Below, piece by piece: positions 55,786 through 64,000 of a stretch of DNA of 64,000 nucleotides. Origin of the DNA: Candidatus Sericytochromatia bacterium (GTDB lineage Bacteria > Cyanobacteriota > Sericytochromatia > S15B-MN24 > VGJW01); assembly GCA_035285865.1 (NCBI GenBank), contig JAYKHS010000011.1, forward strand, positions 32,001-96,000, read 5' to 3'. The notes under the pieces were generated by a model. It was not told the origin of the DNA. It made no database searches and was given only the letters and a program-made list of their open reading frames with translations. Position 1 is the stretch's first letter; each line of letters starts with the position of its first letter. A program made the translations under genes and the position numbers.

Positions 55786-57861
55786 TCACCGATGGCGCTG
55801 CAGACGCTGGCGCGCCATGGCCGCCTCATCTCCCTGAGGAGCCAATCGGAGGTACTCCGCCCAGTGTCGGCGGGCCTCAGGCACATCCCCACGCTCCAGT
55901 GCCAGTTCCCCGAGATGCCAATGGGCCGAGGCGAGTGCCGGATCATCGCGAAGAGCCTCCTCGAAGGCCTGACGTGCCGTTGCCCGATCCCCTTCGGCAA
56001 GGGCGGACAGCGCCAGTCTGGCGCGAAATCTGGCCTGAGCCGCCTGCACCCCGTCCCCGCCAGAGCCCTCGAGACCCCGCTTCGCCGTCGCACCTTCCCG
56101 TAGCGCCTCCGTCGGAGCCTGAAGCCGATGATCCCCGAGCGGTTCGGAAACCCAGGAGCCTGTCCGCTGTGTGGCGCCCGACGTGACCATGTCTTCTCGC
56201 CTGTCCCGCTCCAAGGGGCGTCCGACGGCCCTCGCCCGGTCTCCGCGCTCGGCTTCGCGTGCCACGACAGTCGGACGTTCCGCCTGTTCCGAGGACACCG
56301 TGGGCAGCAGAGTCCCAGTCGGTGACTGACGGGATTCGGCCACGCGCCCCAGCATCGTCGGGGCCTCATCCCCCGCCGACCGCGACGGCGGCGCCCCCTC
56401 GGACATGCTGGCCATCGGCAGGGGCTCGGGGGCCACCGTAGCCACCGGCAAGCCGTCCCTGCCTATGGCCTCCTGAATCCGCGCCGAACCGTCGAAGGTG
56501 CCGACGGCCTGCCCCTCGAACCGCGCCGACGTGCCGGTGGGCCCGAGGGATCGGGCACGCATCAGCGCATCCAGTCGGTCCGGACGCCCTGAAGGCATCG
56601 GCAGGGAACCAGTTGCCCCGGACAACCAGTCCGCGCCCCCCGGATTGCGTCCTAATCGCGCCGCGGACCGGGGGGCAGCACCCTCCCGTAGCACCAACCA
56701 GGTCGCCCAGCCCGCAAGCAACGCCGCCGCGACCACCGCCGGCCACCAGCGCCGGCGAGAAGCCGCTGAGGCACCCGGCGTGTCGGCCGGGGACCTCGCC
56801 TCACCCGGAGAATCGGAGGCAGCGGACGAACGACGAAGCGGCGGTGGGGGTGGCGGCACACGGTCCCAGGCCGCCATCCGCCGCTCCATCCGCTGTTCCG
56901 CGAGGACACCGACAAGTTCTGACACGGAAACATGGCCGGAGGCCACGAGCAGGTGGCCAAGCGGCCTGGCCTGATCAATCTGGCGCGCCAGCGCATCAGA
57001 CAGAATCCGGACCTCGACGCCACGCGCCGCCAACAAGGCAGCCATTCGGGGGCCCTCCCCTGCGTGCTCCCCCAGCCAGTGCACGTGTGCCTCGGCCCGC
57101 GCCCGCAGAGGCGCCGCCAGCGGCAGGCGCATCCAGCCTGCGTCCAGCCCGTCCCAGCCCGCCCCGTGCCAGGCAGCTGCGGCTTCAGCCCACGAAGCCA
57201 TGCCCCACAGGGCGGTGACCAACCATGGATGGCAGAGGGGATCACGCCACGCGGGTCGCGCCCCGAGTCGGGCAGCCCAGTGGGCTCCCTCCTCGGGAGC
57301 AAGGCCGAGCAGGACACCCAGCGGGCGGTCCTCGATCATCTGCCGCGCCATCGCGTCCTTGAGCTCCAGCTGGCCGAAGCGACCGGCGGCGAGCAAACGC
57401 GCACCCATCCGATCCGCATGCACCCGAACAGGACGAATTGCGGCTGGCGGCACCCCCCAGCCCCCTAGCCACGCCTCCAGGTCCAGTTCCCCGCGGCGAA
57501 CGGCCCTGGCTGCATCCCCGGGCCAGGTCCCGGGGCCACCCGGATGGCCCAGCAACTCGTGACAGCGTTCGAGGGACAAAGCCACGGTCCCCGGCTCGTC
57601 CGGAAGCGGACCATCCGGTGCCAGCACCAGCCAAGGTCGGCCGCCGATAGGCCCCGCCGACCATCCTGGTTCGGGACCCTCCGTCCCCGAGCGCCCGACC
57701 CATGTCAACGGGACGCGCAACCAGGCGCCGTCTCGCCCGAGCACCTCCAGCCCTCCGTGACCGGCGCGCCAGCGATCCCGTGGTGTCCGCAGCGCAACCC
57801 AGCCCTCCGTCCGGCTTGCCATGTCAAGCCATCGGACCAGGGGAAGAGCCTCCGCGGACAT
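55786..57861 (-). CDS. Single-pass membrane protein: MshEN-like repeats, TM helix, disordered linker, C-terminal TPR
   Basis: RMGARLLAAG...LKDAMARQ....RPLGVLL and RMAALL...LSDALARQ....RPLGHLLVASG...LVGVLAEQ; TM WWPAVVAAALLAGWATWLVL; TPR AHWHLGEL...ARRHWAEYLRLAP. Start is uncertain. Confidence 0.7.
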   Translation of the reverse strand: MSAEALPLVRWLDMASRTEGWVALRTPRDRWRAGHGGLEVLGRDGAWLRVPLTWVGRSGTEGPEPGWSAGPIGGRPWLVLAPDGPLPDEPGTVALSLERCHELLGHPGGPGTWPGDAARAVRRGELDLEAWLGGWGVPPAAIRPVRVHADRMGARLLAAGRFGQLELKDAMARQMIEDRPLGVLLGLAPEEGAHWAARLGARPAWRDPLCHPWLVTALWGMASWAEAAAAWHGAGWDGLDAGWMRLPLAAPLRARAEAHVHWLGEHAGEGPRMAALLAARGVEVRILSDALARQIDQARPLGHLLVASGHVSVSELVGVLAEQRMERRMAAWDRVPPPPPPLRRSSAASDSPGEARSPADTPGASAASRRRWWPAVVAAALLAGWATWLVLREGAAPRSAARLGRNPGGADWLSGATGSLPMPSGRPDRLDALMRARSLGPTGTSARFEGQAVGTFDGSARIQEAIGRDGLPVATVAPEPLPMASMSEGAPPSRSAGDEAPTMLGRVAESRQSPTGTLLPTVSSEQAERPTVVAREAERGDRARAVGRPLERDRREDMVTSGATQRTGSWVSEPLGDHRLQAPTEALREGATAKRGLEGSGGDGVQAAQARFRARLALSALAEGDRATARQAFEEALRDDPALASAHWHLGELALERGDVPEARRHWAEYLRLAPQGDEAAMARQRLQRHR

Positions 57862-57924
57862 CGGCTGTGCAGACCTGCGAGGTACAAGGGATGGGAGAGA
57901 GCCATCCGTGTATAACACGGAGAG

Positions 57925-59283
57925 ATGGACACGAGTCAGGAGGCCTTCCAGGAGGGCGTCAACGAGTTCCAGGCCGGGAACCTCGATGCCGCACTGGCTG
58001 CCTTTGCACAGGTTGGCAAGGAGCACCGCAAGCTCCAGGCCCAGGCCCTGACCTACATCGGCCGCATCCAGAGTGCGCGGGGCGCCTATGCGGACGCGGA
58101 GGCGTCCCTGCGTCGCTCCTTGTCCCTGCAGACGCGGATCGACCCCCAGAGTCTCTTTCATCTCGGCGAAGTCTACTTCCACGCGCGACGGTGGCCCGAA
58201 GCGGAGAAGTACCTTCAGGAGACGATTGCTCTCGAACCCAAGTACACGGATGCCTACATCCGCCTCGGCATGGTCTTCCGCGAGACCAAGCGCCCCGAGG
58301 ATGCCCGCAAGTCCTTCGAACTGGCCATTGTCAACGACTCCAAGGCTGTCGTGGCTCGCTACCAATTGGCCCTGATCTGCGCCGAAAAAGAGGATTACAA
58401 GCGCGCGCTCAGCCAGTTGCACTTCGTCAAGAACCTCGCTGAGACTTATGCACCCGCCTTCGTGCTGCAGGGGGATATCTACCAACGCCTCGGCGACCAT
58501 CTTCAGGCCATCGTCGAGTATGTCCGAGTGGTCGAGATGGGGCGAGCGGACGCCAGCCTGTACTGGCGCCTTGGGCGCTCTTTCATTGCGGTCAAGGACC
58601 GCCAGCAAGCCGTAAAAGCGTTTGAGGAGGCCGTTCGCAACGATCGCCAGCTCTGGCCGGCGTGGTTCTATGCTGCACAGCTGCGCGAGGACTTGCAGGA
58701 CCACGCAAGGGCCCTGTCGCACTACAGAAACCTTCTGGGCGTCGAGGAGTACAAGGCCGTCGCGCGTGAGGCCATCGACCGCCTGTCCCGACTGGTCCCG
58801 GGCGGAGCAAGCGTCCTGCCGCCGATGGAACAGGATGCCCCGGCCGTGTTCGAGGCCCCGGCGGAGACGACCCGAGTTTCGGCGACCCACACGCTCGAGG
58901 CGGTCCAGAAGCAGCTTACGGGTTCGATCGGGGCGCGCCGGACAGCCCCCCTCAGGACCACGGGCAATCTGGCCAAGGAGCGATGGGTCGAAGAGGAAGC
59001 CGAGGATGAGGTCGCTCCTGCCGCCCCTGCAGCCAACGCTCCTCAAGATGCTCGTGAAGCCTACGGCGGACCGGACATCATCGATCTGGTCGCTGCGGCC
59101 GTGCGGTCGGGCAGCGTGGACGAGGTATTCAGCGTCCTGCGCCACAGTTCCCTCGACGAGATCACGGGCACCCTGCGTTCCCGGGTGGATCCGGTGCTCA
59201 AGGCCGTCGATCCCGCCCGTCTGGGGCAGCTCCTGTCCGAGCAGATGGCCAAGCGCAAGGCCTCGAGCAAGAAGAAGAAGTAG
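57925..59283 (+). CDS. Multi-TPR protein
   Basis: About 7-8 TPR units (e.g. DAYIRLGMVF, ARYQLALI, YWRLGRSF) followed by a low-complexity tail. Confidence 0.88.
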   Translation: MDTSQEAFQEGVNEFQAGNLDAALAAFAQVGKEHRKLQAQALTYIGRIQSARGAYADAEASLRRSLSLQTRIDPQSLFHLGEVYFHARRWPEAEKYLQETIALEPKYTDAYIRLGMVFRETKRPEDARKSFELAIVNDSKAVVARYQLALICAEKEDYKRALSQLHFVKNLAETYAPAFVLQGDIYQRLGDHLQAIVEYVRVVEMGRADASLYWRLGRSFIAVKDRQQAVKAFEEAVRNDRQLWPAWFYAAQLREDLQDHARALSHYRNLLGVEEYKAVAREAIDRLSRLVPGGASVLPPMEQDAPAVFEAPAETTRVSATHTLEAVQKQLTGSIGARRTAPLRTTGNLAKERWVEEEAEDEVAPAAPAANAPQDAREAYGGPDIIDLVAAAVRSGSVDEVFSVLRHSSLDEITGTLRSRVDPVLKAVDPARLGQLLSEQMAKRKASSKKKK

Positions 59284-59318
59284 GGCTGATAGCATGGGCC
59301 CAACGGGAGGGCCTTGCA

Positions 59319-62300
59319 TTGGCCAGCATGCACGGATTTGTCCATTGCCACGTCCATAGCCAGTACTCGCTGTTGGACGGTGCGAGCCGGATCAAGGACC
59401 TCGTGGCACGAGCGGTGGAGACGGAGATGGGGGCGCTTGCCGTCACGGACCACGGGGTCATGTACGGGGCCGTCGAGTTCTACAAGGAGGCCAAGGAGAA
59501 GGGCATCAAGCCGCTGATCGGCATGGAAGCCTACGTAGCCAACGGCGACAGGCGGGTCCGTGCCGTCCAGGGGAACGGCAAGGCCTATGGCCATCTGGTA
59601 CTGATCGCCAAGAACGAAGTCGGTTACCAGAATCTGGTCAAGCTCAACACCATCGGGCACCTCGAGGGGTACTACCACAAGCCGCGCATCGACGCGGAGG
59701 TGCTCGAGGAGTTCCACGAAGGCCTGATTGCCCTGTCCGCCTGCATCGGTGGCCAGGTACCCGCCTTGGTGCTGCAGGGGCGGCACCAGGAGGCGCTCGA
59801 CAAGGCCCTCTGGTACAAGAGCGTCTTCGGTGACGACTTCTACCTCGAGGTACAGGACCACGGCCTCGCCGAGCAGCGTACGGTCAACCAGGCGTTCCGG
59901 GAGCTGTCGGAGCGCACGGGCATCCAGCTCGCGGCAACCAACGACTCGCACTACACCCAGCCCGGGGATACCCGAGCGCACGACGCCCTCATCTGCATCG
60001 GGACAGGCCGCAACCTGAACGACACGTCCCGCAAGATGGCTTACGGACCGGACTTCTATGTCAAGAGTCCGCGCGAGATGGCCGAGGTCTTCCATGACCT
60101 GCCCGAGGCACTGCAGAACACGCTGCGGATTGCCGAAAAGGTCGACCTCAAGCTCGACATGGGGCGCAATCGCTTGCCCGTCTTCGAGGTCCCTGAAGGC
60201 ATGACGGCCGAGACCTATCTCGTGGAGCTGGCGTGGCAGGGACTCAGGGATCGATATGACCGAGTCACCCCGGAGTTGGAGTTCCGGCTGAAGTTCGAGC
60301 TGGATACCGTCATCAAGATGGGTTTTCCGGCCTACTTCCTTATCGTCTGGGACTTCATCGCCTGGGCAAAGCGCAGTGGAATCCCGGTAGGACCGGGTCG
60401 CGGCAGCGCGGCAGGGTCCCTCGTGGCCTATTGCCTCGGCATTACCGAGCTTGACCCCGTCAAGTACAACCTGCTGTTCGAGCGATTCCTGAATCCCGAA
60501 CGCGTATCCATGCCTGATATCGACGTCGACTTCTGCATCGATCGGCGCGGCGAGGTCATCCGATACGTCCGTGACAAGTACGGAGATTCACGGGTGGCCC
60601 AGATCGTCACGTTCAACACCCTGAAAGCCAAGGCCGCCATCAAGGACGTGGGACGCGTGATGGGGCTGTCGTTTTCGGAGACCAACGACCTCTGCAAGAA
60701 GGTCGGTGACGACCTCGGCGTCACGCTGGACGACGCTAGCCGCGAGGGCACCGAGCTGGCCAGCGTCATGGACCGGGACGAGCGTGTGGCCGAGCTGGTG
60801 GGGCTGGCCAAGCGCCTCGAGGGCCTGAGCCGCAACACCAGTGTCCACGCAGCGGGAGTCATCATTGCCGAAGACCCTCTGGAACAGCTCGTGCCACTGA
60901 CCCGCCTGGACCGGGACAAGGGAGACGAGGGGGGCCTCGTCACGCAGTACGAGCAGAAGTATCTCGAGATGCTGGGTCTGCTCAAGATGGACTTCCTCGG
61001 CCTGCGCAACCTGACGATGATCGGTCGGGCTCTCGAACTGGTGAAGCGCAACCACCCGGATCGGGTTCCGGACTTCAGCAACCAGGACTTCACGGATCCG
61101 GCCGTCTACGAGCTGCTTCGCCGGGGAGACACCATCGGTGTCTTCCAGGTCGAGTCTGAAGGCATGACCAAGCTGATCCGGCAGTTGCAGCCGACAAACT
61201 TCGAGGACATCTCGGCCATTCTCGCGCTCTACCGGCCGGGACCGCTGCAGAGCGGATACGTCGACGAATACGTGGACCGAAAGCATGGTCGCAAGGCCAT
61301 CGACTATCCTCATCCGGCGCTTGAGCCCATCCTGAAGGACACCTACGGGACCATGGTCTACCAAGAGCAGATCATGCAGATTGCCCAGGTGCTTGGGAAC
61401 TACTCGCTGGGCGGCGCGGACATGCTGCGCCGCGCCATGGGCAAGAAGAAGGCCGAAGAAATGGCCAAGCAGCGTGCCACCTTCTTGGACGGCTGCCTAG
61501 CCAACCAGGTCGACGAGACCGTCGCCAACGACATCTTCGACAAGATGACGAAGTTCTCGGAGTACTGCTTCAACCGCGCTCACACGGCTGCCTACGCGGT
61601 CCTCACGTATCAGACGGCCTACATGAAGGCGCACTTTCCCCGGGAATACATGGCGGCCCTACTGTCCAGCTACGCAGGCAACACGGACAAGATCATGGTA
61701 ACGGTGCACAACTGTCGGCAGATGGGCATCCCCGTGCTGCCGCCAGACGTTTCCTCGAGCGACGCGGACTTCTCTGTCGTGCCGGAGGGCATTCGGTTCG
61801 GGCTGGCCTCGGTCAAGAACGTCGGACTTCCCGCCGTCGAGGCCATCCAGAGGGCACGGGCAGAACGCCCCGGAGGCCGCTTCACGGACCTGTTCGATTT
61901 CCTCGAGGACCTTGACCTCAAGATCGTGAACCGGCGCTGCCTCGAGTCCCTGATCGAAGCGGGGGCCTGCGATGGATTCGGGGAACCAAGAGCGCACATG
62001 CTCGCGCACCTCGAAACCGTCATGAGCTGGGCACAGGCGCAGGCGCGAGAGGGTCACGCCAATCAGGCTTCGCTGTTCGGCGATCTGTCCGCGGTCACGG
62101 CCCTGCCGCGTCCCATTCTGGAGCGCGTGCCTCCCGGTGATCCTCAAGAGACCCTGCGGGCGGAAAAAGAATTGGTCGGCCTCTACTTGAGCGCCCACCC
62201 ACTGGACCATCTGCCATGCCGGCTGGACTGGCATGTGACGGCCACGGTGGCCGATCTCGCCGCCGTGGCCAGCGAGCGGCCCGTGGTGCTCGGCGGTATT

Positions 62301-62783
62301 CTGCAGGGCTGTCGGCGAATCATCACCAAGAAGGGCGATGCGATGATGGCCGGCAAGCTCGAGGACTTCACCGGCACCCTCGATTTCGTCGTCTTCCCCA
62401 AGGCCTATGCCCGGATGGAGAGCCTGCTGCAGGAGGATGCCCGCCTGCTCATCAAGGGTCGCTACTCCGGCAGCGAAGATGAACGGCCACAGGTCGAGGT
62501 CGAGGAGGCAACGGAACTCGCTGCGCTTCGCAGCCTGCACCTCACCATTCCGGCGGGCACTCCGGGCAACCGGATGGTCGTGCTCAAGGACACCCTGCGC
62601 CAGCACAAGGGCAGCGATCCCGTCGTCCTGCACATCGTCGGCACGGACCGTCAGGTCGTCGCGGGAGATGGCTTCTGGGTCCAGCAATCGGACTCCCTGG
62701 ATCGAGCCCTTGCCCAGCTGGGAGCCGGCAACGCCCATCCGATCACCCACCGCTGGGTGGACCCGAGGCCGCTCCTGGCCTGA
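59319..62783 (+). CDS. dnaE: DNA polymerase III alpha subunit (contiguous, intein-free)
   Basis: PHP HVHSQYSLLDG, GPGRGSAAGS, PDIDVDF, KMDFLGL, EYCFNRAH, OB fold. Confidence 0.98.
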   Translation: MASMHGFVHCHVHSQYSLLDGASRIKDLVARAVETEMGALAVTDHGVMYGAVEFYKEAKEKGIKPLIGMEAYVANGDRRVRAVQGNGKAYGHLVLIAKNEVGYQNLVKLNTIGHLEGYYHKPRIDAEVLEEFHEGLIALSACIGGQVPALVLQGRHQEALDKALWYKSVFGDDFYLEVQDHGLAEQRTVNQAFRELSERTGIQLAATNDSHYTQPGDTRAHDALICIGTGRNLNDTSRKMAYGPDFYVKSPREMAEVFHDLPEALQNTLRIAEKVDLKLDMGRNRLPVFEVPEGMTAETYLVELAWQGLRDRYDRVTPELEFRLKFELDTVIKMGFPAYFLIVWDFIAWAKRSGIPVGPGRGSAAGSLVAYCLGITELDPVKYNLLFERFLNPERVSMPDIDVDFCIDRRGEVIRYVRDKYGDSRVAQIVTFNTLKAKAAIKDVGRVMGLSFSETNDLCKKVGDDLGVTLDDASREGTELASVMDRDERVAELVGLAKRLEGLSRNTSVHAAGVIIAEDPLEQLVPLTRLDRDKGDEGGLVTQYEQKYLEMLGLLKMDFLGLRNLTMIGRALELVKRNHPDRVPDFSNQDFTDPAVYELLRRGDTIGVFQVESEGMTKLIRQLQPTNFEDISAILALYRPGPLQSGYVDEYVDRKHGRKAIDYPHPALEPILKDTYGTMVYQEQIMQIAQVLGNYSLGGADMLRRAMGKKKAEEMAKQRATFLDGCLANQVDETVANDIFDKMTKFSEYCFNRAHTAAYAVLTYQTAYMKAHFPREYMAALLSSYAGNTDKIMVTVHNCRQMGIPVLPPDVSSSDADFSVVPEGIRFGLASVKNVGLPAVEAIQRARAERPGGRFTDLFDFLEDLDLKIVNRRCLESLIEAGACDGFGEPRAHMLAHLETVMSWAQAQAREGHANQASLFGDLSAVTALPRPILERVPPGDPQETLRAEKELVGLYLSAHPLDHLPCRLDWHVTATVADLAAVASERPVVLGGILQGCRRIITKKGDAMMAGKLEDFTGTLDFVVFPKAYARMESLLQEDARLLIKGRYSGSEDERPQVEVEEATELAALRSLHLTIPAGTPGNRMVVLKDTLRQHKGSDPVVLHIVGTDRQVVAGDGFWVQQSDSLDRALAQLGAGNAHPITHRWVDPRPLLA

Positions 62784-62792
62784 AGCCCTCCC

Positions 62793-63326
62793 TCAACGAA
62801 CCGGCTTGCCAACCTCGTCGTCGAACAGGTCACCCAGGGCCGTCACCAGCGTGCCCGCAGTAACGGCCACCATCCCGGGCACGAGGCCTACGGCCGGCAC
62901 GAACGCGACGACCCCGCCACCCACCTGGATGGCATCGCCGGCGACCCGCAGGGCATCATCCCACTTGCGCACGTTCGCCGGGCCATCGAAGCCCTTGCGG
63001 AAACGCTCGTACAAGGAGTAACCGGCAAATCCGCTCGACAGGGCAGGGGTCAGCTTGCCCAGAAGAAAACCCGCCGGCTTCCCGGTGGCGACGACCTTGG
63101 CCGCCTGTCTGAGGGTAATGCCATTGAACAGAGTGGACAGACCGGCGCCGATGCCGACGCCGATGCGGTGGCCGCGCCGAATGACTGCCTGCTCCTCACG
63201 CGAGGGGGCGCTGAGGCTGACCCGATCCCGGGACGGTTCGACGGTTCGAGGCGGTTGCGACGCGTCGGGGACAACCTGCGCGCTTGGCGCGACAGGCACC
63301 TTGCGCGCTGCCTGGACTGACGGCAT
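62793..63326 (-). CDS. Hypothetical protein: disordered N-terminus, DRVSLS motif, Gly-rich hydrophobic helices
   Basis: GAGGGGG SD before ATG 63326; coherent 177-aa ORF. Confidence 0.7.
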   Translation of the reverse strand: MPSVQAARKVPVAPSAQVVPDASQPPRTVEPSRDRVSLSAPSREEQAVIRRGHRIGVGIGAGLSTLFNGITLRQAAKVVATGKPAGFLLGKLTPALSSGFAGYSLYERFRKGFDGPANVRKWDDALRVAGDAIQVGGGVVAFVPAVGLVPGMVAVTAGTLVTALGDLFDDEVGKPVR

Positions 63327-63475
63327 GACCACCCCCTCGCCCCCCCAGGGCATGGTGGTTCATCGTGCAGGCGCAATGGCGAGGTTCTTGTCTCGGGGTT
63401 AAGTTTTCTTGATTCTTGATCGACAAGCGTCGGAACCCTCGACGGCCCGCGGGGCCGGGTGTAACGTAAGGCCGC

Positions 63476-63910
63476 ATGATTCTGATCATCGGCTGCGGTC
63501 GGCTCGGGGCGAGTTTCGCCCAGCGCCGGGTGGCACGGGGCGACAAAGTCACGATTCTGGACTTCGACGCCCAGAACTTCCAGGCGTTGCGTGACCTGCC
63601 GGTCCGGACAATGGTCGGCATGGAAATCGACACGGAGGTGCTGAGTCGGGCCGGCATCGGTCAGGCCACCTGCGTCATCATCGTGTCGCGGGATGAGAAC
63701 ACGAACATCATGATCGCCGACCTGGCCCGCCAGCACTTCCACATCGACCAGATCATCGTGCGGATCGACAATCCCGAGCTGCGCGCCATTTACGAGGCAG
63801 ACGGCTTCGAGGTGATCAGCCCGATTCTGGAAGCCACCTTGTCGCTCGAGGCCAAGCTCGAAGCCATGAAGGGAGGCGGGCGTGCAGATCCTGATCGCGG
63901 GGGGCGGTAA
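63476..63910 (+). CDS. trkA: TrkA-N (KTN/RCK) potassium-uptake regulatory protein
   Basis: ILIIGCGRLG Rossmann motif, LSRAGI, DENTNI. Confidence 0.88.
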   Translation: MILIIGCGRLGASFAQRRVARGDKVTILDFDAQNFQALRDLPVRTMVGMEIDTEVLSRAGIGQATCVIIVSRDENTNIMIADLARQHFHIDQIIVRIDNPELRAIYEADGFEVISPILEATLSLEAKLEAMKGGGRADPDRGGR

Positions 63911-64000
63911 GGTCGGCCTCCATCTGATCCGGACCCTGCGCCAACGGGGTCATGTCATCGGTCTGGTCGAACGCGATCCCCGTGTCTGCAAGCAGATCGT
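63882..64000 (+). CDS. trkA: Second TrkA-family protein (5' part only)
   Basis: GGAGG SD, GTG start; MQILIAGGGKVGLHLIRTLRQRGHVIGLVERD. Confidence 0.85.
   Translation, partial: MQILIAGGGKVGLHLIRTLRQRGHVIGLVERDPRVCKQI

Noticed and set aside
57862..59319. Apparent 1177-aa protein
   Set aside because: First ~486 aa are antisense to the TPR gene, so this is not a real fusion
59319..62783. Intein or split in dnaE
   Set aside because: Length (1154 aa) and motifs are continuous; no intein blocks seen
1..64000. CRISPR array, rRNA/tRNA genes, transposase, integrase, prophage or defence island
   Set aside because: No regularly spaced repeats, RNA-gene signatures or mobile-element motifs seen; composition looks uniform

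Overview
GC-rich, gene-dense bacterial chromosome segment (~70 CDS). I found no rRNA, tRNA, CRISPR array, IS element or prophage by eye. Core genes include htpG, recQ, era, cdd, pyrG, tatA, lysS, recR, ybaB, rpsU, ybeY, dgkA, rph, alaS, hppD, mnmA, sdaAA/sdaAB, rpsT, dnaE and a trkA pair. Several traits look cyanobacterial: Ycf23/DUF561, an Rbp-type RRM protein, a short HtpG, and DnaE with the EY|CFN intein-site context but no intein. There are no photosynthesis genes in the window. I infer a non-photosynthetic relative of Cyanobacteria such as Sericytochromatia, but this is unverified. The most interesting signal is a scattered set of orphan genes, mostly lipoproteins plus some signal-less proteins with disordered N-termini. 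Their upstream regions share 11-bp-periodic TTAAC-like repeats (OmpR/PhoB-type box), often followed 18-20 nt later by a sigma28-like -10 element, which suggests an undescribed surface/export regulon. Other highlights are a membrane TPR protein with tandem MshEN-like c-di-GMP motifs, an SD-sequestering rbp leader, a structured intergenic element, a double-GT-C protein O-mannosyltransferase, Myxococcota/Bdellovibrio-type genes, and a perfect 44-bp palindrome. All family calls come from recognising motifs by eye; no database searches were run.
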